Positions 50,707 through 61,826 of a DNA stretch of 64,000 bases are shown one piece after another. Both the position numbers and the translations under genes were made by a program. This DNA comes from Octopus sinensis (taxonomy: Eukaryota): positions 16,120,001-16,184,000 of the forward strand of contig NC_043024.1 of the NCBI RefSeq assembly GCF_006345805.1, in the 5' to 3' direction. The stretch's first letter is position 1. Every line of letters starts with the position of its first letter. Below the pieces are notes generated by a model, which was not told the origin of the DNA, did no database searches, and worked only from the letters and a program-made list of their open reading frames with translations.

Positions 50707-51549
50707 AAAAAAATATATAAGCTTTCATAGAATAAGCCCTGGGGTCAATTTGTTCAACTAATGGTGGTGCTCCAGCATGGCCACAGTCAAATGACTGAAA
50801 TAAATAAGAGAATAATAATAATATGGCAAATATCACAGACTAGGGCCATAAACTTCTTGCTCCCTCTTCCTCTTTTGCACCTCTCTGCCTCTGCTATTTA
50901 CTCATCTTCCTTTCCATTCTTCCTTTCTGATATTTCGTTATTTTTTCCTTTCTTTCCTTTTTCACAGTGTCCAATAATAAAATTGACTAATAAAAGAAAT
51001 AATGATAAACTTTTAGCTTATAACGTTTTTATTGGTGGTAGTCACAAAAAAAAAAAGAAAAGAAATATAGTAACATGGAGTATCTTTCACAATATTGACA
51101 CTGAATAATCTACAAATCCACAGCTAAAAAGGTTAGTAACCACAAAGATGAAGTCAAGCAAAGCTGTTTTATTTACTCTGTGTATGTTATCTATATACAT
51201 ATAAAAACCTTTGTATCTCTGTCTGTTCCCAATGCATTCACAAATGGCTCAACCAAATCAAATTAAATTTTACATAGCAATACTATAAGACCCTAGGAGT
51301 GTATCAACGTGTAATTTTTTAGGATTAAAACAATGCAACATTGGCACTGGTTCTGTATTATATCTCAGAACTCAAAGAATAAAAGTAAAAGTTATTACTA
51401 TTCGACAATGTAATAGTTATAAAGTTTCAGTTCTATATAGTTTCACTATGTATATATATATATATATGTATATCTTTGTATATATATGTGCATATATGTG
51501 TATGTATGAGTGTATGTGTGTATATATATATTTATGTATATAATATATA

Positions 51550-51594
<45 letters not shown>

Positions 51595-52534
51595 ATAATA
51601 AATCTCTGAACAAGGTATAAACAGTAACTGCATGACAATGTGAGGTATATTTGCCATCTCAATATGGCTAACCACTAAGGGAGGGTATTACTGTAGCTTG
51701 TAGCCCCAGAAGAACATCTCCTCCAGCTGGCTTTAGGCACACTTTCTGTGCCCTTATGGTATTTGCAAAGGGAGGTCATCCCTCCCTTGTCAACCTAAGT
51801 GATACGCACGGACTGCAGCTTCTGGGTATTGACCCGTCATCAGTGCACGACAATCACCGGTTTTCGATGAAAGGAGTCCCAATGCAAATATTCATATCCT
51901 TTTTCCAGTAACTTTTCATCACTGATCAGTTTGCTGAAAGGGGGAAGAATGCTGCGTGTGAGCTGGCAGAACCGTTAGCATGCCAGGCAAAATGGTTAGT
52001 GTTATTTCGTCTGCCGCTACGTTCTGAGTTCAAATTCCACCGAGGTCAACTTTGCCTTTCATCCTTTCGGAGTTGATTAAATAAGTACCAATTTACGCAC
52101 TGGGGTCAATATAATCGACTGAATTCATTTGTCTGTCCTTGTTTGTCCTCTCTGTGTTTAGCCCCTTGTGTGTTGTGAAGAAATAGGTATTTCGTCTGCC
52201 TTTACTTTCTGAGTTCAAACTCTGCCGAGGTCAACTTTGCTTTTCATCCTATCGGGGTCGATAAATTAAGTACCAGTTAAGCGCTGAGGTCGATGTAATT
52301 GACTTACTCCCTTTGTCTGTCCTTGTTTGTCCCCTCTATGTTTAGCCCCATGTAGGCAATAAAGAAATAAGAATGGTGTGTGTGAAAGGGCCTGCCCAGA
52401 ACATATGACTGTAGTTGAGAAAAAAGGAAAGAAAAAAAGGTACCTGCCCTTAAAGTCAGGGTGTTTTATGTTGTTTTTCTGTGAGCAGCCCTTTGTGAAT
52501 CTGTATTTTCTTTGTTTATACAGAAAACCCTCGC

Positions 52535-52570
<36 letters not shown>

Positions 52571-52643
52571 TCTTTGTTTTGTCCTGAACTGTCCTTAATG
52601 TTTTTTCTTAATGTAAACCCTTTGTAGTTAATTAAAAAAGAAT

Positions 52644-52704
<61 letters not shown>

Positions 52705-52705
52705 G

Positions 52706-52745
<40 letters not shown>

Positions 52746-52800
52746 AGTAGTAGTGGTGGTGGTGGTGGTAGTAGTGGTGGTGGTGGTGGTGGTGGTGGTG

Positions 52801-52847
<47 letters not shown>

Positions 52848-52884
52848 GGTGGTAGTAGTGGTGGTGGTGGTGGTGGTGGTGGTG

Positions 52885-52931
<47 letters not shown>

Positions 52932-52979
52932 GGTGGTAGTAGTGGTGGTGGTGGTGGTGGTGGTAGTAGTAGTAGTAGT
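52644..52979. repeat. Compound (TAG)n/(TGG)n trinucleotide array
   Basis: Directly visible; source of the poly-V and poly-H/Y/T ORFs. Confidence 0.97.
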
Positions 52980-53074
52980 TCAGAACCAATGAAAGCTGTG
53001 TGACAATGCCTCGTCTGTCATCGATTTATCTGTGTAACAGAGGCAGGAGATTGTCATATTGATGCATTTCCTAC

Positions 53075-53105
<31 letters not shown>

Positions 53106-53540
53106 GTTTTTTCATACTTACACACAGACATACACGTGTGTGTGTGTGTGTTTTCTGATTCGTAAGAGATAACTCAGGTGATCCAATGCTGCAAATTTAG
53201 ATAATTCATTTGTTGTTCTGCCAATTTCTTTTCTCTGCTTCTTCCTATTCATCTTACTAACATCTGACTTGCCTTTCCATTAATTCTCATCTTTCACATC
53301 CTGTTAAGAAATACTGTTAAGACTCCAGTGGTTTCTTTCCTTGATCGTCTGTCTTATGGAACTCTGTTCGTTTTTGTTACCCAGATAAACATGACCTTAA
53401 TTCTTTTAACTCTTGTCTTGATTATTTACATTATTTACATTTGACAGACACTTGTCCTCATCTTGTTTGTTGTTAACACAACGTTTTGGGTGATATACCC
53501 TAAAACCTTCATCAGGTGTCAATTCCAGGCAGTGACCTGA

Positions 53541-53891
<351 letters not shown>

Positions 53892-54966
53892 ATCTCTTGG
53901 CTACTGATCTTAACTCTCTCATGGCTTCTGATCTTAACTGATTGGAAGTGTTATTATGTACGTTGTTTTGTCTTGGTATAAAAGATGGGCTACAGCAAAT
54001 ATTCTGCTCAATACCACAGATTTGCTTGTCAGTTGTTTGACCTTAACCAGTTGAGCATGTCCCTTAGTGGCTGACGATATGTGCATCTCTGATCACGAGT
54101 AGAAGTAGTGGGGGAGCATCATAGCCATTTGTTGAGAAGGATTCTTTGGGGTTTGGATAATTCACCTTTGGAAACATGGGTGGTTCGTTCAACATCCATA
54201 AAACATCCCTTATTCAAGGACATTTTGAGCAGGATGGCCTACCTGACTGGAAGAAAATTCTAACGGGGCCCCACCTGCAAGGTCATGTGCTGTTTATCTT
54301 GACATGAGATCACCATGTCGCGCACATATGGTTGTGATGCAAGTACTAGGCTTGCAAAAAATAAGTCCTCAGAAGGATTTGTTCAACTAAATGGCGGTGC
54401 TCCAGCATGGCTACAGTAAAATGACTGAAACAAGTAAAAGGATAAAACACAAAAGCCATGGACTATTAATATGCGAGGAACAAAGAATAACAACAGTGAT
54501 GCGGCCATATACAGAAGAACCACCATTTTGGGCCAAACGAGGAACACAAGAGATCCAAATGATGGCAGTGTTGTTGTTAGTGTTGGTGATTGTGATGTAA
54601 TGCTGATGCGGATAATGGTGGCAGTGATGGTGGTAGTGGCACTCATTGTGGCACTAATGGTATAGTGTACTGAATTGTATTGGAGGTAGTTGGGGAGGTA
54701 GCGGTGATTTTAATGGTGTGATGGAGTTACTCTTTTACTTGTTTCAGTCATTTGACTGTGGCCATGCTGGAGCACCGCCTTTAGTTGAGCAAATCAACCC
54801 CAGGACTTATTCTTTGTAAGCCCAGTACTTATTCTATCGGACTCTTTTGCCAAACCGCTAAGTTACGGGGACGTAAACACACCAGCATCGGTTGTCAAAC
54901 GATGTTGGGGAGACAAACACAGATACACACAAACATATACACGCACATGCATATATATCTATATCT

Positions 54967-54997
<31 letters not shown>

Positions 54998-55372
54998 TAT
55001 ATATTGGCTTGCTTGCTTAGCCAGCAGTATAGCGTCATATGAAAGCTAAAAAACAATGCGAAGTGCATTGTGACCAGCGATGTGTAGCAACATCTGATAG
55101 CCTGGTCAGTCACGGTCACGGTGATATATATATATATTTCAATAATGAGGTAGATAAATTAATATTAATTTTAATATCAATTTAAAACCAGTAGTCCAGC
55201 ATACAAAAAATCTGAGAAGTCAGAGAAAATTCTAATATATGTGTATATTGGCAGGGCCAGACTGCTAGGTAGTTGGCCAAATGCTAGAAATAGATCATCA
55301 ACGATCAAACTACAAAGGGAATTCTCTAGAGGAAAAATTCAGTGAGGCCGACTACCTAGCAGTCTGGCCCTG

Positions 55373-55413
<41 letters not shown>

Positions 55414-55768
55414 CGGGCTTCTTTCAGTTTCCATCTACCAAATCCACTCACAAGGCTTTGGTCGGCTCGAGTCTACTGTAGAAGAGAGACTTGCCCAAGG
55501 TGCCATGCAGTGGGACTGAACCCAGAACCATGTGGTTGGTAAGCAAGCTACTTACCACACAGCCACTCCTATGCCTAGAGTTGGTAACATTGATCTTTCT
55601 TTTTTTCACCACAGGGGATAATCCCCCCAACCCTACTACTATCTTGCTGTCTCACTGTGTGTGTATAAGTGACTGCAGTGTCTGTATGACAGTATGTGTC
55701 TGTGTGACTGTCAGTATGTGTGAGATATATGGGTGTATATATATATATATGTCTATGTGTAACATCTA

Positions 55769-55830
55769 CAGTAATTCCTCGACTATCATGGGTCTCATGT
55801 TCCAAAATACTCCCGAGATAGATGAAAATC
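55769..55830 (+). mobile_element. Possible pogo/Tigger-like terminus
   Basis: TA|CAGTAATTCCTCGACTATC resembles Tigger TIRs; no partner end was found. Confidence 0.35.
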
Positions 55831-56466
55831 TGCAGAATAGAAATAGTACTGTACTGTGTATTTTTTATTATTATTTTCATAATTTGTATATATTTATTTT
55901 ATTACAAATGCAAAGCAAAACACCAGAGAGGAATTGATGTAAGCTTAAATAATAAACCACGATAGGTGAACTGCAATATGGCATGAGATTACTGTGTGTG
56001 TATATATATATATATATCTTTTTCTCTTTTACTTGTTTCAGTCATTTGACTGCGGCCATGCTGGAGCACCGTTTTTAGTCGAGCAAATCGATCCCGGGAC
56101 TTATTCTTTGTAAGCCCAGTACTTATTCTATCGATCTCTTTTGCCAAACCGCTAAGTGACAGGGACGTAGACACACCAGCATCGGTTGTCAAGCAATGCT
56201 AGAGGGACAAACACAGACACACAAACACACACACACACATATATATATACATATATACGACAGACTTCTTTCGGTTTCTGTCTACCAAATCCACTCACAA
56301 GGCATTGGTCGGCCCGGGGCTATATCAGAAGACACTTGCCCAAGATGCCACGCAGTGGGACTGAACCCGCAACCATGTGGTTGGTTAGTAAGCTACTTAC
56401 CACACAGCCACGCCTGCGCCTTTATATATATATATATATATATATATATTTTATTTTATAGAAGGA

Positions 56467-56515
56467 GCTTCTACAGGACTAGAACTGTTTCATTCAAAAG
56501 AAATCATCAGGAAGC
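56467..56515 (-). ncRNA. Type I hammerhead ribozyme motif (inverted copy)
   Basis: Same fold with a 5-bp stem I GCTTC/GAAGC. CTGATGA is plus 56504-56510, GAAA is plus 56488-56491 and GTA is plus 56472-56474. Confidence 0.78.
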
Positions 56516-56527
56516 AAGTAAACAAGA

Positions 56528-57263
56528 TCACCTATACTCGTATAGCCCCACGCCAACCCAGGAAAAATAGGCGAAGACACATTAGCTGGTACAACCCCCC
56601 CTTCAACCGTGAGGTCGCTACACCTGTAGCTAAAATCTTCTTCACTCTCCTACAGAAACACTTCCCCACCCAACATAAGTACTATACTATCCTAAATAAG
56701 AATACCATTAGACTCTCCTACTCTACCACGCCCAATCTAGCCAGGAACCTAGCCAACAACAACGTGAAAAAACTTGATATATCTACTCTTTCCGAGGCCC
56801 ATCCAACATCCGATAGCAATTGCAACTGCCCTGATAAAACCACATGCCCCCTCAATAACAACTGCCTACAGAGGGACCTCGTATATACATGCGAGGTAAG
56901 ATCAGGCCCCGATGATAAAAGAAAATCGTACATCGGAATGACGTCAAACAGCTTCAAGACTCGTTGGTATGCCCACACACACTCGTTCCGGCGACCGGAT
57001 AAATCCAACCAAACTACCCTTGCCGCCCACATCTGGTACCTTAAAAGGAACTCCATCCCCTTCAAGACCAAGTGGAGACTACTACAGAAGGCGCGTTCGT
57101 ACACAGGAGGCCATACCTGTTGTGACCTTTGCATTTCCGAGAGCCTCGAATCTTGTTCGCCAAAGGCCATCTCCTCATCAAGATCTCAGAACACTCCCCA
57201 AATTGCATGCATAAAATTTATGCAAACTACAAGAACTATAGACCCACCCGGCAACCCGATTGA
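56528..57263 (+). pseudogene. Penelope-like ORF C-terminus: linker plus GIY-YIG endonuclease
   Basis: RRRHISWYNPPF...KHFP...NKNTIRLSYS...CNC...CPLNNNCL..DLVYTCEV...SYIGMT...FKTRWYAHTHSF...LAAHIWYLK...CDLC, then a one-base frameshift near 57150 into ILFAKGHLL...CMHK and TGA at 57261-57263. Confidence 0.88.
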
Positions 57264-57329
57264 CGACACCCCACCCACAAAAACCCCCCAACCCCACCGT
57301 TCCCCCAGCACCCCCGATTAACTTTCCTC

Positions 57330-57508
57330 CTAAGACTACTCACAGATTGTATATGTACACCTGTATATATGTAATGTATATATGTATAGAAATGAATAGG
57401 TGTTAGTAGGAATATACGCATGTATGTGAGTGCGTGTATATGTATATGTATGTGTATATGTATGTACATGGGTATGTGCGTATGTGTGTGGTTTTTTATA
57501 TTTTATAT

Positions 57509-57546
<38 letters not shown>

Positions 57547-57942
57547 CGGGAAGCTTTATGAAAATAAACAAAAGACGAAGGCAGGTGGAAAACAAACGAA
57601 CAATTGTATTAGTATGGCGCTCAGGAAATATAAATAAAACAAGTCTTTAACGTTTCGAGCCTACGTTCTTCAACAGAAAGATACACAGAGAGAGAAAAAC
57701 ACAGAAAGAAGGAGAGAAAAAAAAATGCGTGCAGTAGCTAACGAATCAACATGGCGATCTGATTTCGGCCATATATATATATATATGTATGTATATATAT
57801 GTATATATGTGTGTATGTATATGTATGTATATATGTATGTATGTGTATGTGTGTGTATGTATGTATGTGTATGTATATATGTGTATGTATGTGTGTATGT
57901 ATGTGTGTATGTGTGTATATATGTATGTATGTGTGTGTGTAT

Positions 57943-57976
<34 letters not shown>

Positions 57977-58689
57977 TAGATATATATATTAGAAAAATTG
58001 AGGTAATCAGATCAGATGGTTCATATTTGTAGATATTTATTTATATATTACATTTTTACATATATATCATATCATTCGGATTAGCGCTTGCTCCCACTAG
58101 AATGGGAGCAGGCGCTAATCCGAATGATATGATATATATGTAAAAAATGTAATATATAAATAAATATCTACAATATGAACCATCTGATCTGATACCTCAA
58201 TTTTTTAATATATACTACCTGTACATCATCTCCAAACCTTCCGATAGATATATATATATATATATATATATGTAATGTATATATATATATATATAATATG
58301 TATGCTCGTGTGTTATGTATATGTAGTAGTAGTAGAGTTGTGTGTATGTGTATGTATGCATTATACATATGTGTAGATAGGCATATACGTGTATGCTTAT
58401 ATGTATGTTTCCGTCTGTGCAAAGGGTAACTGTATTGTATATATATCTATTATTTATTATTCATTATTTATTACAGAGTATGCGTTTGTATGCTGTATGT
58501 ATTTATGTATATAAGGAGGCGCGTGAGGTGTGTATGTTATGCATTTGTATAGACATATGTATACATTTATGCATTATGTGCTGGTGTATGTATGTGTATA
58601 TATGGTATGTATATGTATGTGTATAGTGACAAATGTATGTATATATGTGCGTATATATATGTGTATGGATATGTATATGTATGTGTATG

Positions 58690-58767
<78 letters not shown>

Positions 58768-59474
58768 TAATCAATTGGGTGCAGAAAAAATTTTGTAGAA
58801 TTCTTTTTGCCACCAGCGGCCTAGTGGGAAAAAATTAAATTGACTATTTAATTTTTTCCCACTAGCCCGCTGGTGGCAAAAAGAATTCTACAAAATTTTT
58901 TCTGCCACCCTATATTGATTAATTATGAATTTTCTGTTAATTCCGTATGGATCGACGGCTTATATTTATTTGCTGCCGATAAATTTGGCGCGAGTGCGAC
59001 GATTTGAAAATTTTAGGTCAGTATTACCTTGGCAGGGTTTGAAATGCCTCGTGAAAATATCTGTTCCGACTTGGCTATTTCTTGCTGAAGAATCTGAGGG
59101 CCTATGGAAGATTGGCTTGATTGAATTTTATCAGGTTAGTTTACCATTAAACAGCAGATGAAACGGTGCATCGTACAAGAAATTACAGGGTAAATGTTTT
59201 TTAAATTTTCTCCTGTTTACGGAATTAATCTTTATTTGCGGTTGAAGCTTTGGCTGTTATTTCTAGTGGGTGAATGGCCTATCATGGCCGTTCCTTGATT
59301 GTTGATATATATATATATATATATATGTGTGTACGCTTGTGTGTTTATGTATATGTAGGTATGTAGTTATATGTGTATGTATGTATATTTATATATACAT
59401 ATGTGTAAATAGGTATATATGGGTATGTTTATATGTAGGTATCCATTTGAATAATGGGTAACTGCACGTATATA

Positions 59475-59506
<32 letters not shown>

Positions 59507-59701
59507 TGATTTTGCATGTATGTATATATGTATATGCCAGTATGCATGTATGTTTTTATGAACATAAGGAGGCGCGTGCGTGTGCGGATGTGTATGCATA
59601 TGTCAGACCTATGTATACATTTATGCATGTATGTACTTAGGTGTATATATAGATGCGCACGTGTGTGTGTGTGTGTATGTGTACGCATGTATGTATGTAT
59701 G

Positions 59702-59745
<44 letters not shown>

Positions 59746-60600
59746 GTGTATGTATATATATATATGTATATATATATATGTATGTGTATGTGTGCATGTG
59801 TATATATGTATGAGTGTATATGTGTATGTATATGTATATGAATGTATATGTGTATGTATATATATGTATATATATGTGTATATGTGTATGTATATGTATG
59901 TATGTGTATGTATGTGTACATGTATATGTGTATATATATTAATTAGTGTATATGTATGGACTAGTCTTCTGTGGGTGTGTTGAGGTATGTATGTGTATGC
60001 GTGTATGTGAATATACGTGAATGTATGTAGATGTAGGCGTGTATGAATATAACTTGTGCGTGAGTGTACATGTGAATGTGTGGGCGTGAGTAAGTGCTTG
60101 CGTTCGTATCAGTAAGTAGATAGAAAAACAGAACCTTTAGAGATCCCTTGGGACAAGTTTGACCTGTCAAGATAAAAATAAAGATATAAACAAAAGTAGT
60201 TAATAAAATTAAAATAAGAGAATAAAAATGTGTGTGTATGTGCGTGCATGTATATGCATATGTATATATATGTGCGAGTGGGTATACATATGTGTATGTA
60301 TGTGTATTTGTTTGTGTATCTGTGTGTACGTACATGAGTATTTGTGTAGATATATTTATATATATGTATATATATGTATGTGTAGTGTACGTATGTATGT
60401 GTATATATATTATGTATATGTAGGTATGTATGTATCTGTATACGATATATGTGAATAGGCGGGTGTGTATATTTGGGGGTATATATAATATGTATAGATG
60501 TACACGTGCGAGTCTCCCCACTTACCTAAAACTTTTCTATTTATATATTTTTTCTATTTTTTTATTTTTATTTTTATTTTTTATTCTTTTATTTATTCTT
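57330..60600. repeat. Mosaic of (TA)/(TG)/(TATG) microsatellites with short unique inserts and palindromes
   Basis: Directly visible low-complexity sequence; accounts for most YI/CV-repeat ORFs. Confidence 0.9.
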
Positions 60601-60742
60601 TTATCTACTTTACCACCGATTCCTTTGACCACTCCCCTAACAATGACAGTTTTGCACCATGCCTACCCCCAAAAAAGTCCCCCACCACCACCCATTTAAA
60701 CCTGCCTAAATGTATAAATACCAAAACAACTCTTGTCTACTT

Positions 60743-60791
60743 GCTTCCTGATGATTTCTTTTGAATGAAACAGTTCTAGTCCTGTAGAAGA
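60743..60791 (+). ncRNA. Type I hammerhead ribozyme motif in the Penelope-like terminal repeat
   Basis: Stem I CTTC/GAAG; core CTGATGA (60748-60754); stem II TTC-TTTT-GAA closed by U.U; GAAA (60767-60770); stem III ACAG/CTGT; cleavage triplet GTA (60784-60786). Confidence 0.75.
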
Positions 60792-60874
60792 TCCTTCTAT
60801 AAAATAAATTAATTTACTCTGCTATGTATTGAGTACCTTATTTACTGTGGTTAACCCCGACTCAACCCGGGACC

Positions 60875-60905
<31 letters not shown>

Positions 60906-60914
60906 ACAAAAAAT

Positions 60915-61535
60915 GTGTGTGTACCCAATGACTGGTATAGCAGCACCATAGTCAACTGCTACAAGGGTAAAGGTGATGCTCTAGATAGAAATAACTACAG
61001 GGGTATCAAACTGCTGGATCAGGTGATGAAGGTCATGGAGAGGGTCATAGCCCATCTCACTAGGGAGAGAATTTGCTTAGATGAGATGCAGTTCAGTTTT
61101 GTGCCGGGTAGAAGCACCACTGATGCCATATTCCTAGTTGGACAACTGCAGGAGAAATACCAAGCTGAAGATAAACCCCTATACTTAGTTTTTGTGAGCT
61201 TGGAGAAAGCCTTTGACAGGGTCCCTCAATCCCTTATCTGGTGGGCGATTCGGAAACTAGAGATTGACAAATGGTTAATAAGGGCTGTACAGGCCCCATA
61301 CAGAGAGACCTTTAGTAAGATTAGGATTGGCAATGAGTATAGTGAAGAATTCCAGGTAGGGGTCCACCAAGGTTCAGCCCTCAGTCCCCTTCTATTCCTC
61401 ATAGTCCTCCAGGCAATAACAGAGGAATTCAAGATGGGTTGCCCCTGGGAGCTCCTCTATGCTGATGACCTGACCCTCATAGCAGAATCACTACCGGAAC
61501 TAGAAAAGAAATTTTGGGTGTGGAAGCAAGGTCTA
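60915..61535 (+). pseudogene. RTE-clade reverse transcriptase internal fragment
   Basis: YKGKGDALDRNNYRGIKLL...QFSFVPGRSTTDAIF...LEKAFDRVP...GVHQGSALSPLLF...LLYADDL: RT motifs including YADD, with no internal stop, bounded by microsatellites. Confidence 0.93.
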
Positions 61536-61780
61536 CACACACACACACACATGTGATCTCTTAAGCACCACCAGCTCAAATATTTTCTCCTCTGTCTCCC
61601 CTCTTTGGGATCTTTCCTTCTTGTTTCCGACGAAGAGCTCCGCTCAAAACGTTAAACCCTCCTTCCCTTCTTTCCTGAGCGTCAATAATACTTTAATTGT
61701 TCCACGTCCTGCGTTGCTGTGTTTTTTTCTCCTTTTTTTTCTCTTTTTTTCTGTGTTTTCTTGTTTGGATTAACTTTATA

Positions 61781-61826
<46 letters not shown>

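Larger units (their letters stand above)
56450..60875 (+). mobile_element. 5'-truncated Penelope-like element with inverted 5' terminal segment, microsatellite-rich 3' region and nested inserts
   Basis: 78-bp inverted repeat 56450-56527/60731-60808 (2 mismatches), GIY-YIG ORF remnant, 3' tail ending CCCGGGACCT, and (TA)n on both flanks. Continuity across 57330-60600 is inferred. Confidence 0.7.

Noticed and set aside
61462-61468. CTGATGA motif
   Set aside because: It is the ADD part of the RT YADD codons, with no hammerhead helices.
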